From a virus (taxonomy: Duplodnaviria; Caudoviricetes): a stretch of 59,374 bases of DNA. The DNA lies in IMG/VR virus record IMGVR_UViG_3300036791_000807, positions 1 to 59,374 of that record; one strand, given 5' to 3'. This document shows, piece by piece, positions 1 to 10,400 of the stretch. Position numbers and translations under genes: made by a program. The notes under the pieces are model-generated. The model was not told where the DNA came from and ran no database searches. It was given only the letters and a program-made list of their open reading frames with translations. Position 1 is the first letter of the stretch. Each line of letters begins with the position of its first letter.

Positions 1-127
1 ACTGGTGTCTCAGTTGCTAGCGCAGGTGGCAGTAACCAGCATGAGAATATGCCGCCGACGGTCGCTATTCCATACATCGTCAAGATGGACGATTAATGTC
101 TCAGCATCTCGTCATCGATCCTGCTAC
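1..127. repeat. 127-bp terminal direct repeat, left copy (circular assembly overlap)
   Basis: 1-127 is identical to 59248-59374. It lies inside coding sequence, and 127 is a common assembler k-mer size. Confidence 0.95.
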
Positions 128-1031
128 GGCCGTCCGCGTAGATAGCGGAATCCCGCCAAACGCTCTTGGCGAAGATACTGACCTGTTTATTGATCAAGAC
201 AGTGGTATCTGGTATCTGCGCGAGACCGGGGCATACATTTCCATCTCAGGGGCCACTAGTAGTTCAATCGCTTACAGCGGACATTGGGCTTGGCAGGCTG
301 GGATTGGAGCGCCCTCAACAGGAGCCATCAATATTGATGCGACGACTTGGGCTGCTGCGACGCATGTACTCATCAATAAGATAAACACGGCTGGCACCGA
401 TGTCTCACGTTCGCTTGAGTTGATCAATGTCGGAGATGATGTTGATCTTCAAGATGCAGCTGACTCAGCGAACTGGGCCCGCTATGACATCACCGCGCTA
501 CCGACTGACTATGGCACGTATCTGTCATACCCTGTTACTTATGTTGATGGCACCGGAGCAATCCCTGGCAACAATCGAGATACCACACTCTCACTGATCA
601 CGCAGGGAGCGGTACAAGGTCCATCAGGCCCTACTGGACCAGTAGGGCCAGTCGGGCCGCAAGGACCACAAGGTGTTGCAGGACCGACAGGTCCAGCAGG
701 CCCGACAGGTCCAATAGGTAACACTGGTCTGCAGGGGCCACAAGGTACGCCGGGCGCAACTGGTTCAACAGGTCCAGCTGGTCCAACCGGACCACAAGGA
801 CCCAAAGGTGCGGATAGCACCGTACCAGGACCAGCAGGTCCGGCTGGCGCTACTGGGCCAGCAGGCCCGCAGGGTACACCCGGCGTCTTCTCCGTCTATG
901 AGCAAGTGGCCGAGCCAGTTGGCGCAGTCGTCGGCTCGATCTGGATCAGCAGCGATCCGCCGCCTGTTGCAGTCGGCCCGGTTGCACCTGTACCGTACAG
1001 TTCTCTCTCCGGAAGCACGAGCGGACCATGA
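96..1031 (+). CDS. collagen-like tail fibre / minor tail protein
   Basis: Long Gly-X-Y run ([16 protein letters not shown]...); directly follows the tail-collar gene across the circular junction. Confidence 0.8.
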   Translation: MSQHLVIDPATAVRVDSGIPPNALGEDTDLFIDQDSGIWYLRETGAYISISGATSSSIAYSGHWAWQAGIGAPSTGAINIDATTWAAATHVLINKINTAGTDVSRSLELINVGDDVDLQDAADSANWARYDITALPTDYGTYLSYPVTYVDGTGAIPGNNRDTTLSLITQGAVQGPSGPTGPVGPVGPQGPQGVAGPTGPAGPTGPIGNTGLQGPQGTPGATGSTGPAGPTGPQGPKGADSTVPGPAGPAGATGPAGPQGTPGVFSVYEQVAEPVGAVVGSIWISSDPPPVAVGPVAPVPYSSLSGSTSGP

Positions 1032-1948
1032 GTGGACCAATCGTAGAGCCGCAGTACACAAAAGCGAATCCAACCGCGATTCGCGTCAAGACCTCGACGG
1101 GCTGGGCAGATCTCGTCATTCAGGGACCACCCGGCGTGCCTGGCTACCCAACACCGGTCGTTAACGGCCAGTGGCTCAAGGGCGTCGGCAATGCGGCCGT
1201 ATGGCAGCCAATCGCAGCGAGCGACGTGTCAGGTCTCGTCGCGAAGACGCAGACCGCGCTCGCTGCGGTGAACACTGACGTCGGGTGGGCAGGTGCGAGC
1301 GCGCCCTCACTGCTTGATGAAGTCACCCCATCGGTGGGTGGGTACAGCCTGCGCTCGTACGGAGCACCCGCAGCGGGCAACGGTACAAGGCTCACGCTGC
1401 GCAACAACGGTCAGCCGTTCACGGTGTTGCACGCGACGACGGGCGGCAGTGGCGTCCCGTTCTGGCTCTACAGTTACAACCAGCCGACGCCGAGCGTCGT
1501 CGTCGGGATCGGTGAGACGATTGAATTCGTCTACGACTCGCAGTACCCGTACTGGTTGCAGGTGACGCGCGGTGTGGCCGCACTCGTCACGCCCGACCAA
1601 CAGTGGCGCTCGATCTCGTCGCTCGGCTACGGGGCCGGCATCGCTGACTATAGCGCTCCGTTCGGTCCTGCCCGCTTCCGCAAGCTCGCGAGCGGTCTCG
1701 TCGTGTGTGACGGCTTGATCCAGGCGACGTCGTTCACGGGCGGGAACGGTGCGTGGACGATGCCCGTCGGCTACCGGCCGCTCGCGACGGGCGGTGGCGC
1801 TCGCCAACTGATCTTCGGCGGTGCGAGCAGCGTGTCACCGGCTCCGAGCGAGTTGTGGCGTATCGCGGAGACAGGAGGGGTGTCTCTGATGGCCTCGGGC
1901 AGCCCGTGGGTGTCAACGGCTTCGATCCACTACTACGCAGACGGATGA
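1028..1948 (+). CDS. tail fibre / receptor-binding protein
   Basis: Lies in the tail module; beta-rich C-terminus ([15 protein letters not shown]...MPVGYRP) typical of fibre tips; shares [14 protein letters not shown] with the next gene. Confidence 0.7.
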   Translation: MSGPIVEPQYTKANPTAIRVKTSTGWADLVIQGPPGVPGYPTPVVNGQWLKGVGNAAVWQPIAASDVSGLVAKTQTALAAVNTDVGWAGASAPSLLDEVTPSVGGYSLRSYGAPAAGNGTRLTLRNNGQPFTVLHATTGGSGVPFWLYSYNQPTPSVVVGIGETIEFVYDSQYPYWLQVTRGVAALVTPDQQWRSISSLGYGAGIADYSAPFGPARFRKLASGLVVCDGLIQATSFTGGNGAWTMPVGYRPLATGGGARQLIFGGASSVSPAPSELWRIAETGGVSLMASGSPWVSTASIHYYADG

Positions 1949-1952
1949 TCTG

Positions 1953-2714
1953 ATGGCTGGACAGACCGCAAAGTATCAGCTACCGTATCCGCAACAACCG
2001 GACAATGCGAATGTGCCCGTTAATATCAAGGCGCTCTGCGACAGGCTGGAGATTGTTCTCAGTCCTGTCCCGACCCCCGTAGTCAATGGGCAATGGGTCA
2101 AAGGTGTTGGCGGTGCGGCGGTTTGGTCAGCGATTGCCGACGCCGACGTTCCTTCGCTCGTGAGCGGACCAGGTCGCCTTGGACCGAACCCCTGCTACCT
2201 CGGCAGTGCTGGTGCTCCGTCTGATTGGAACGCAATCGTCGCAAGCGGCTGGTACATGGGGTCAAGCATCGCGAACGCGCCCGATGGAAACTGGTACATC
2301 GGGGAATGTATTGTCCATAACACTGCGTGGCAGATTCAGCGCGTCTGGCAATTCACGACAAACCCGGCACCGTACTTCCAGCGGCAGATGATCAACGGTG
2401 CTTGGCAGCCCTGGGCTCGCAACACCGCAGGCGTATCGGCTGGCCAAAGGCATCAGGGAGGGAGCGTCGTTCAAGCAACAGACGCGAATGGTTGGATGTG
2501 GATCACCTTCCCAGTAGCGTTCAGCGGAACTCCGGCAGCCGTTTTCGGGATGAACGGCGACAACTCCGTCGCGGCTTTCGTCGTCGATACGCAAGCTGTC
2601 AACTGGAACGCGAGTTCGGCTGCTCTGCGGGCCATAACGGTCTATACCGGGGCCTGGGCACCGCTCGCGAATGCCACGGTACGGATGAACTGGATGGCAA
2701 TTGGTCCAGCCTAG
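1953..2714 (+). CDS. tail fibre protein (pyocin-knob / gp53-like segments)
   Basis: N-terminal YQLPYP anchor; DWNAIVASGWY..NAP; C-terminal ITFPVAFS...WMAIG fibre motif. Confidence 0.7.
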   Translation: MAGQTAKYQLPYPQQPDNANVPVNIKALCDRLEIVLSPVPTPVVNGQWVKGVGGAAVWSAIADADVPSLVSGPGRLGPNPCYLGSAGAPSDWNAIVASGWYMGSSIANAPDGNWYIGECIVHNTAWQIQRVWQFTTNPAPYFQRQMINGAWQPWARNTAGVSAGQRHQGGSVVQATDANGWMWITFPVAFSGTPAAVFGMNGDNSVAAFVVDTQAVNWNASSAALRAITVYTGAWAPLANATVRMNWMAIGPA

Positions 2715-2726
2715 AAGGGAGAACAA

Positions 2727-2903
2727 ATGCAGGTTCAAGTCAATGTGACGATCACACCCGACGATCAGTGGACGCTGTCGGGAGATGAAGCGGCGGCTGC
2801 CGTGTTGGATGCGCTGGGCGGCGATCCTGACAAGGATCTCTGCAGCGTGATGGTGCACGGGAGTGGCCAAGCTGGGACTCAACCCGCTCCGCCTACTCCG
2901 TGA
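2727..2903 (+). CDS. 58-aa hypothetical protein (possible fibre chaperone)
   Basis: Read manually (MQVQVNVTITPDD...); GGGAGA RBS upstream. Confidence 0.6.
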   Translation: MQVQVNVTITPDDQWTLSGDEAAAAVLDALGGDPDKDLCSVMVHGSGQAGTQPAPPTP

Positions 2904-2909
2904 GACTTG

Positions 2910-3068
2910 ATGAATGGCCAGATCCTGGAATCTCTTGGCGCATTCCTGTCAGGGTTTGGCAGCGTGCTCACCGCCTATCTTGCACTCAGGTATGAACGTC
3001 AACGAAGCAAAGAAGAGTGTGACAAGCGGATGGCCGCGTTTCGCGAAGGTCTGAAGAGAGGTCGATGA
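2910..3068 (+). CDS. small membrane protein, holin candidate
   Basis: Read manually (MNGQILESLGAFLSGFGSVLTAYLALRYERQR...): one hydrophobic helix plus a charged tail, upstream of the endolysin. Confidence 0.55.
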   Translation: MNGQILESLGAFLSGFGSVLTAYLALRYERQRSKEECDKRMAAFREGLKRGR

Positions 3069-3205
3069 GGAGAACGGACATATTCCTCGTTGCTGCGCTT
3101 GTGTTGTCTGGAGTGACTGGATATCTGACCTCGCAGGCTGTCAATGGGCCTAGACAATCGACGACGACAGTCACGATTCATGTGACAACTGAGAGGAACA
3201 AATGA
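3065..3205 (+). CDS. small membrane protein of the lysis cassette
   Basis: Read manually (MRRTDIFLVAALVLSGVTGYL...); ATGA overlaps with the genes on both sides. Confidence 0.55.
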   Translation: MRRTDIFLVAALVLSGVTGYLTSQAVNGPRQSTTTVTIHVTTERNK

Positions 3206-4107
3206 CAGAATGGTGGGAGAAGGGCTATCCCGGAGGGCCGATGGTCGCGGTCAGGGGCTTCCCACGTCCACTCTATCCGCCCGATGCAAAACCTGGACAT
3301 ACGCCATCTGTTGACGGTAGTGATGTCGAAGGTTACAAGCGAACCGTCTCACGGGCAGGTCGTTGGGAATGGCAGGCCTTTGACCAGGCGTTCAGTAACG
3401 GCTTCAGTCATGGCAAGGCGGGTGGGATGGTTCCGGAGACCGGGATCGCCGGAGTGCAGAGACAGGGCAAGATCCAGCCGACCGGTTGGGTCGGTCAGGA
3501 GACGTTCAACCTGCTCCGCTCGATCCGCATCCCGGCAGGTCTGCCGCACGCAGGCGAGCCCGCGATGGACGCCCGGGCAGTCGAGTTGATCAACGCGGCC
3601 TGGGATCGGTTCGGCGGCAAGGAACCTTCTGCACCGCCTGCTACCACAAGCGCCAAGGCTCGGCTCGCCAAAGCTCAGACGCAGATCGGCATCAAGGAGT
3701 CACCGGCCAACTCGAACCAGGTTAAGTACTGCGATTGGTACAACATGGTCGGCCCCTGGTGCGCGATGTTCGTTACCTGGTGCGACCAGCTGTCAGCAAC
3801 TCCATCAAGCTCCTTCAAGAAGGGCTCCAAGTACGCCTACGTGCCGTACATCGTCAACGACGCGCGACTCGGCGTGAACGGCCTTGCCATTACCTCGTCA
3901 CCGAAGCCGGGCGATCTCGTCTGCTATGACTGGGGCTGGGACGGCGAGTATGACCACATCGGCGTCTTTGAGGATGGCAGCGCAGCTTCGTTCGATGCCA
4001 TTGAAGGGAACACCAGTGTTGACAACAACAGCAATGGCGGTGAGGTGATGCGACGGCGCAGACTTTCCGGCGATGCCAGCATAGTGTTCGTCAGAGTCGC
4101 GGAGTGA
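3202..4107 (+). CDS. endolysin with C-terminal CHAP domain
   Basis: PWCAMFV, HIGV and IEGN CHAP catalytic motifs; N-terminal half is a probable cell-wall-binding region. Confidence 0.88.
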   Translation: MTEWWEKGYPGGPMVAVRGFPRPLYPPDAKPGHTPSVDGSDVEGYKRTVSRAGRWEWQAFDQAFSNGFSHGKAGGMVPETGIAGVQRQGKIQPTGWVGQETFNLLRSIRIPAGLPHAGEPAMDARAVELINAAWDRFGGKEPSAPPATTSAKARLAKAQTQIGIKESPANSNQVKYCDWYNMVGPWCAMFVTWCDQLSATPSSSFKKGSKYAYVPYIVNDARLGVNGLAITSSPKPGDLVCYDWGWDGEYDHIGVFEDGSAASFDAIEGNTSVDNNSNGGEVMRRRRLSGDASIVFVRVAE

Positions 4108-4118
4108 AAGGGGTTGAC

Positions 4119-4214
4119 ATGAGTGAGCAGGAAGAGGAGACGCAGACGGAGGAGACAGACAATGACGAGTCAACCGCCACAGACGACAACGAGGACGAGG
4201 ACGAAGATGGTTAA
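4119..4214 (+). CDS. 31-aa highly acidic peptide
   Basis: Read manually: MSEQEEETQTEETDNDESTATDDNEDEDEDG; AAAGGG upstream. Confidence 0.45.
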   Translation: MSEQEEETQTEETDNDESTATDDNEDEDEDG

Positions 4215-4287
4215 CCCCAACTATGGCACGCTTGCCGAGATCGCGATTGCGGTTGTTCTCCTGATCGGCCTGATCCACTTCTGGTAG
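4207..4287 (+). CDS. 26-aa single-TM peptide
   Basis: Read manually: MVNPNYGTLAEIAIAVVLLIGLIHFW; last ORF before the terminator. Confidence 0.45.
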   Translation: MVNPNYGTLAEIAIAVVLLIGLIHFW

Positions 4288-4295
4288 GCCCGCAT

Positions 4296-4335
4296 GAGAC
4301 CGGCGGGTACGCAGGGGCGCAAACCCGCCGGTTTC
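4296..4335. terminator. hairpin terminator between the convergent late and replication operons
   Basis: 13-bp stem GAGACCGGCGGGT...ACCCGCCGGTTTC at the strand convergence point. Confidence 0.7.
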
Positions 4336-4804
4336 ACCTCAAGGCGTAGTCTACCCAGCGGTGTTCGTTGTCGAGCCGGTGGAGCGCTTGATTGCTCCAC
4401 TTGACGTCGTCAAAGCGAACGGCATACGTCGCGACAAAGCGCATACTGCCGAGGATCTCGGTCAGGTGAGACGGCCCCCACGCTTCCCAGATCAAATGGA
4501 CGGCGTTGAGCCGGATCTCGTCGTCAAGCGGCAGACGGCTGTGACGGCGATCCCATGAGCCGAGACTCTTCTCCAGCGCATACCTGACGCGCCGCGCTCG
4601 CTGCTTGTCATCCGCTAGCTCGCGTGGACCGGCATCGGCCCCGAGTCGGCGCGGGATCGCCTCAGCCAGGGTCACAATGGAGAGCCGTCGGAGGATCCGC
4701 TCTACCTCCTGCTTTGAGATGATGCCCCTGTCCAGATGGGACGGCAGAGTCAAGCCGCTATCGAAGTAGCGTTCAATGAAACCGTTGTCTCCGACCCTGC
4801 TCAA
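4334..4804 (-). CDS. hypothetical protein
   Basis: 156-aa ORF ending at the terminator; start uncertain. Confidence 0.55.
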   Translation of the reverse strand: MSRVGDNGFIERYFDSGLTLPSHLDRGIISKQEVERILRRLSIVTLAEAIPRRLGADAGPRELADDKQRARRVRYALEKSLGSWDRRHSRLPLDDEIRLNAVHLIWEAWGPSHLTEILGSMRFVATYAVRFDDVKWSNQALHRLDNEHRWVDYALR

Positions 4805-4969
4805 CGTCGATTCCCGCTCCTAAGCCCTAGCGACGGAGCCGAGAAACACTCCGAGGCTTTGTACGGTGGACGCTCACGCCCTCCGACGGTATCGGGGCGG
4901 TCGGTATACCCCTTTCGGCTCCTACACCATTCTACGGCGTGAGAGGCTTGAAATATAAACTCGTATATT

Positions 4970-5131
4970 TCAAACATACGGCCGAGGGGCTGGCACTGGT
5001 CCTAGCGGATCCCGGATCAGGCGACCTGGGATCTTGCAAGATGGACAGCGGTCTTGGTCTATGAACGTAATCACCTTACATCCAGGAACTTGACAGAACA
5101 TAAGACGATGGTTACGGGACTTCTTGTACAT
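4970..5131 (-). CDS. small Zn-ribbon-like protein
   Basis: CQVPGC...CPSC; start overlaps the upstream stop. Confidence 0.55.
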   Translation of the reverse strand: MYKKSRNHRLMFCQVPGCKVITFIDQDRCPSCKIPGRLIRDPLGPVPAPRPYV

Positions 5132-5544
5132 TAGGCGCATCCGCGCTCCCTCAAGTATTCGATCCATTTCTCATTCGACCAGTTTGGATTCGGTGAGACC
5201 CAAAGACTGGTGAAGAGATCCGTCCGTTCAATCGCTGAGAGCAGGGCATCCGCTTGGGAGACCCCCACGGTTGAATATTCTCCGTTGCAGATGCCCTGCA
5301 CTCGGCGAGGATTGATACCTGTCTTCTCTGCGAGCCAGCCGATTGGACCCACGAAGTCCTTTCCAATGGGCCGCTCCGCGATGTAGGCCCGGACCCAGGT
5401 GAGCATGATTTCACTCAATTGGAATCCGGGCACTACCTCTGCCTCTCCGACGCCATTGTAGTGCTCCCGGAGTTCAGATGGCCGCATTCTCTCGGCGTGC
5501 CGTCTTTGTGTATGCTCACTCCACCTGTACTCCGGGATGCCCAT
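5131..5544 (-). CDS. HTH DNA-binding protein
   Basis: WLAEKTGINPRRVQGICNG is an XRE-like HTH; start re-called at the ATG overlapping the ThyX stop. Confidence 0.6.
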   Translation of the reverse strand: MGIPEYRWSEHTQRRHAERMRPSELREHYNGVGEAEVVPGFQLSEIMLTWVRAYIAERPIGKDFVGPIGWLAEKTGINPRRVQGICNGEYSTVGVSQADALLSAIERTDLFTSLWVSPNPNWSNEKWIEYLRERGCA

Positions 5545-6464
5545 TACTTCCTCTCGATCCGATGGTGCTCTGAACGGAATTGCCGATTGCTCTCCCGCGC
5601 CCAGGGGAACGGGCACTGCCCCTCGACTGACTCCCATCCCTGGAACGTACAGGCGTGAGCCCCAGCCTGAACCGATACCTTGTCGATATCGATGTTGTCG
5701 ATAGACCCGTGTGTCTTCTCGCAGCTGATCTTGACGTAGGGATCGAGCCAAGGGTAGACGCCAACGAGGATCTCGCGGGCCATCCGCATGACCGAGACGA
5801 TCTCCCACTGGAACATGGAACAGCCCCGGTAGGCATAGACGTTGATGAACTCGCGGAGTGGGTACTCCAGCATGATGTAGTTCGTCGTGCCCTCGGGGAG
5901 GATGTAACGAGCGTCCTGGTAACCCACGTCTGCCTCACAGGCCAGGGTGTAGGCATGATGGCAGGCCATCATCGCCTCGATCCACTTCTGTCTGACCTCT
6001 TCTGGCAGACGCCAGACTGACTCAGGTATGCGGAACTCCGGCCGGTCACCGTAGAAGCTCGCCCGCATCGACTGCTGGTGGAACGCGGCTCGTCGTGAGC
6101 GGACCAACTGATGGGTACAGGCACGGCTGACACCGGAGACCTCAAAGACGACCACCTGCGACTCTAGGGCCGTCTGGAGCCCGCCTTTGAGCATCTCCTC
6201 CCAGTCGCGGTCGTCCTCGTCTGGCAGGGACAGGTCGATGCCGATGGTGGCACGCTGTGCTTTCGACAGGACCTGTTTGAACTCAGGATTGAGTCCCTGG
6301 ACGAGCTTGACTGTGATCCCGTCGTCGCCCACCATGATGCGACCGTTATCGTTCGGCGATAGATGTTTGCCGTCCTGCATCGAGTGGCGATTGAAGCTCA
6401 CGTCGCGCAGTAGTGGCGTCTCCTCTTGGTTGTCCCACTCTCGCGATGCGGTGTACGGGTTCAC
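5544..6464 (-). CDS. thyX: ThyX-like flavin-dependent thymidylate synthase homolog with a degenerate motif
   Basis: GVSRACTHQLVRSRxxxxxxxSMR, QDARYILP and QWEI mark the ThyX fold; canonical RHR reads RSR here. Confidence 0.85.
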   Translation of the reverse strand: MNPYTASREWDNQEETPLLRDVSFNRHSMQDGKHLSPNDNGRIMVGDDGITVKLVQGLNPEFKQVLSKAQRATIGIDLSLPDEDDRDWEEMLKGGLQTALESQVVVFEVSGVSRACTHQLVRSRRAAFHQQSMRASFYGDRPEFRIPESVWRLPEEVRQKWIEAMMACHHAYTLACEADVGYQDARYILPEGTTNYIMLEYPLREFINVYAYRGCSMFQWEIVSVMRMAREILVGVYPWLDPYVKISCEKTHGSIDNIDIDKVSVQAGAHACTFQGWESVEGQCPFPWARESNRQFRSEHHRIERK

Positions 6465-6817
6465 TTACTCTTCGCCGCCTTGATGGTCCGGCCGACCTTG
6501 CTCGTCGCGCTCGGAGTCGCGTTCTTGAGCTTGGCGAGCGGTCGAGCCTTGACGGTGATCTTGGCGGGTGTCGCTGCTTCCAACTTCCGCTCGGTGCCAT
6601 CGAACGGGTTGCGGACGGTCTCGCCCTTTCTCCGTCCAGGCCGGTATCCGAACTTGAGTGAGAGGTATCCCGACACCGTGACTTCCTCGCCTTTGTTGAG
6701 TCGGTCGGCCATGGTCTCAAAGAATGTGGTTACAACTTCCTTGATCTCGATACGTGTGTAGCCGCCGTCGAGAGATTCAGCGACATCGGCGATCAGCTGA
6801 GTGGTGCTTACGGCCAT
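6461..6817 (-). CDS. HU/IHF-family DNA-binding protein
   Basis: LIADVAE...GEEVTVSGY...RNPFDG..PAKITVKARP; GGAGGGAGC RBS before the ATG at 6817. Confidence 0.88.
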   Translation of the reverse strand: MAVSTTQLIADVAESLDGGYTRIEIKEVVTTFFETMADRLNKGEEVTVSGYLSLKFGYRPGRRKGETVRNPFDGTERKLEAATPAKITVKARPLAKLKNATPSATSKVGRTIKAAKSK

Positions 6818-6834
6818 GCTCCCTCCATTCAGGG

Positions 6835-7341
6835 TTAAAGGAAATAACCGGCGCAGGGCGGATAGGTGTTCGGCCACTGGTGCCGCATCCATCCGTCGTT
6901 GTAGCCGTGTTCCCTAGCAACTTCGTCTGCGACTGCGATCTGCTCATTGGCTGAGAGGAGGGCAGCATTGCTGACCTTGCCCGCCCAGCCATAGGACATT
7001 TGCAGACCGCCATAGTAGCCATTACCAGTTTGAGAATCCCACGCTCCTTCCCCAGAGTGAATACACATCCACCCGCCGTAGTGAGACGACACCGCCACCG
7101 GATGTAGCGCTGTCATGGTCTGGTTGTACTCGCGCTTGAGCCACTTGACTGCTGTACATGACCACTTCTTCGCGTAGTGTCTGCCGTGCTGGCAGACGTA
7201 CCGAGCGTGTTTCAAGTTCATCAGTTGCGAATGCGCCCTGCACGAGAGCTTCGCGCAGTTCGGCTTCGCTACAAGTTGTGCCTTTGCGTCCGCTGTCCCA
7301 GCCAGGACAAAAGCGGCACAGGTGGCGATAAGAAGTTTCAC
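6835..7341 (-). CDS. secreted resuscitation-promoting-factor (Rpf)-like transglycosylase
   Basis: Signal peptide MKLLIATCAAFVLAGTADA; CIHSGEGAW..TGNGYYGGLQM..EQIAVA..QWP. Confidence 0.8.
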   Translation of the reverse strand: MKLLIATCAAFVLAGTADAKAQLVAKPNCAKLSCRAHSQLMNLKHARYVCQHGRHYAKKWSCTAVKWLKREYNQTMTALHPVAVSSHYGGWMCIHSGEGAWDSQTGNGYYGGLQMSYGWAGKVSNAALLSANEQIAVADEVAREHGYNDGWMRHQWPNTYPPCAGYFL

Positions 7342-7424
7342 ATGGACTCCGTAGTGGATGACTGGCCTCGCTGATTTGCGGCGCAGCGGCTACGCCGACT
7401 TGCGGCTCATGATATGGCTTCCTC

Positions 7425-10400
7425 CTAGACTTGGGCATCTAACACCCAGATGTCGCTGACCTGAATCTCTCGCGCGGCTCGCCAGCCGCGCTTGACTCCA
7501 CGGACGACAAGCACGTCCTCATTGAGTACAATTCTCCAGAGCTTATCTTTCATGACGGGATAGCGCCAGCGCGTGACTCGGAGACTGAGGAGATCGGTAC
7601 CATCGTACCCGGCCATCAACATCCATTCGTTTAACTCCGGATCTCTGACCGTCGTTGGGTCTAGCTCCTCGCCTGTTCGCGCTCGGTTCACCTCAAAGAT
7701 GTCGCGGAGGTTCTTGTGGACGACGACCCCTACCCAAACAACTTCGGTATCCTCACCGCGCTCGTACGGGACATCGATGGCCTGGTGCGTCGGCTCCGGT
7801 AACTCAAGACGTGGGATGTCATCCTTGACCGCCTGGATCATACGCTCTAGCCGGTAGACGCCGAAAGGATCCTCAGCCGTCGCATGATCTACGATCCTGT
7901 CGATGGTCTTCTCGCCAATCCCCTTGACCATGATCAGAGATGACCAGCCGTACCCGCGCCAGTCTCGTATGCCATCGCGCCACTCGATGATTTTGCCGGC
8001 CATCGACGGACCGACACCCTCGATCTGATCAAACCCCGGACGCAGCCCTCGTACGCCCTCATTCTTCCAAGTCATGTCAGACTCGCGCAGGTCGTACGGC
8101 AGGATCTCAAAGTTGTGTGAGATCGCATCGCGGAGCATAATGACCTGTCCGTCGAGCTTGGCCTTGCTCGTAACGGTCGCTTTGGCATTCGCGCTTCCGC
8201 CCGCGCCGCCGCCCTGAGCCGTCTTCTTGTCGGCACGGTCGAGCATGGCCGCGTAGAAGAATTCAGGATGATGCTGCTTGAACCACATCGTCCACCAGGC
8301 TATGTACCCATAGCTGACCGAGTGGGCGAAGTTGAAGGCGTACGATCCGGCGGTTGTACAGAGACCCCAGATGCCCTTTGCGGTCTCCTCGTCCATATCC
8401 GGATGAAGCTCCTGGGCTCCTTCCCAGAACCGCTCCCATTGCCGGTTGAACTCCTGGTCTCCGAGCTTACGGGAGATGATCTTGCGAATGTAGGCGGCGT
8501 GTGTCCAGTCGAAGTTGCCGACCTCGCGGACAATACGCAAGATTTGCTCCTGATAGACGACCTGCCACTGGGTGAAGGCGGTGATGCCATCGAGCGCGGG
8601 ATGGGCGAGCGAGGGACGCTTGATCCCGCGCTTGATGTCCACGTAGTCCGAGACCGCGCCATTGTGCAGCGGGCCAGGACGAGCGAGCGCAGTTATGTGA
8701 CAGACTTCGTTGAAGTCGTCTGGCTTCACGGCGCCATTGACCATTCGCATAGCCCGTCCCTCAAACTGGAAGATCCCTACCACATCGTTCCTCTTGAATC
8801 CCTCGATGACAGTATCATCGATGATCGGGATATCGTAGAGAAATGACGGTCTCTCGCCCAGCATACGACACATCGAGACGAGCGCGTCGATAGCGGAGAG
8901 CCCCAGCAGGTCAATCTTGAGGATACCTAGTTGTTCCGCATCGTACTTGTCGATAGCGATAACTTGTACCGCTCGCTTCTTGACCTCACGTTCCAGTATC
9001 GACGTCACGCTCGTGATCGGCTGATTGGAGACCGCAACCCCGGCCGCATGAACGCCAAATCCTCGGACGTTTCCTTCTAGCTGCGTAGCCTTCATGATGT
9101 CGGGATGGCGCTCTACAACAGCCCGCGCCTGGTCAAACTCAGAGATGGTGTCCTCGATGGTCGCGCTCGCTCGTAGGTCGCCGGATGAACGCTCTAGGAG
9201 GACATCCTTGATCGCATCCACTTCAAACTTCGGGATCCGATAGACGCGAGCGACGTCATCGAGTGCGATTCTAGATTTGTAGGTGGCAAAGGTGCCGATG
9301 TTGGAGACATACTCTCGACCGTACTTTTGAACGAGATGATCAACGACTTCTCCACGCCTGGTGGATTCAAAGTCAAGATCAATGTCCGGTAGATCCTGAC
9401 GGGTGATGTCGATGAACCTGTCGAAGACGAGAAACGGGAAGAGCATCGGGTTGACTTCGGTGATGCGTAGGCAGTAGCAGACCAGACTCGCCGCCGCCGA
9501 CCCTCTAGCCGGACCAACTCCAATGTCCGCATCTTTGGCGTATCGAACAAGGTCAGAAACGACAAGGAAGTAATCGGCAAAGTCTTTCTCCTTGATCATG
9601 TGCATCTCGTAGCGGAGCCGCGCCTTGTACTCGCGCTGCTCCCGCAGGGTGAGTCGGTCGAAGCCTCGATACTGCCATCCCTCGCGAATCCAGTCCTCAA
9701 ACAGCTGCCAGCCGGTCTCGTATCCGGGTGGGAGCGGATAGCGGACCATTGGGAGATGAGGCAAGGTCACTTTGCAGTCCTCGGCTAACTCGGCCGTCAG
9801 GTTGATGGCCTTGATGGCCTGGTCGCGAGGGATCCCGGTCTCGACCAGAAGCTTGAGCAAGTAGCGGTCGTTCATGGGCGGGCAGAGATCGGCCGCATAA
9901 CCCCAACTGCGAGCCTGTTCCTCGGGTGTCTGCTTTCCGCCCCCGCGAATCGAGTGCAGTACCTGCTGCATCTCCTTCTCGGTCGGCATTGTGTAGTGGC
10001 AGTCGAGCGTTGCTACCATTGGGATCCCTAGCTCGCGGCTGATCCGTGCGATCATCGGGTTCGCCTGTCTGGTCTTTACGAGCGATGGGAATGCTTGCAC
10101 CTCAAGCACGTAAGAATCGCCAAGGGAGCGATGAAAACGCCAAGCGACATCTCTGCCTCGCTGATATCCTGCCCCGTCTTCAGGAATATGTTTCCCGCCC
10201 ACCAGCGAAGTGAAGAGCAAACTGCCCTGGCATCCGCTGAGTACAATAAGTCCGGCTCCATGTTCCCGGAGCATAGATCCAGAGACAGTTGGCTCGTAGT
10301 AGAACCCCTCGGAGTGGCTCCGTGAGACGAGTTGAAGGACATTCTGATACCCCTCCCGATCTTTGGCGATCACGGTCAGATGGTTCTTCAACTGTGTCCT

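Noticed and set aside
1-127. Terminal direct repeat as the physical genome ends
   Set aside because: It is exactly 127 bp and lies inside coding sequence at the collar/fibre gene junction, so it is best explained as a k-mer overlap of a circular assembly.
96-2714. Diversity-generating retroelement targeting the fibre genes
   Set aside because: No reverse transcriptase was seen, and no adenine-specific template/variable repeat pair.
4805-4969. tRNA or other known RNA in the gap
   Set aside because: No cloverleaf or T-loop consensus was found; there is only a weak possible -10 (TAGAAT, minus strand) without a clear -35.
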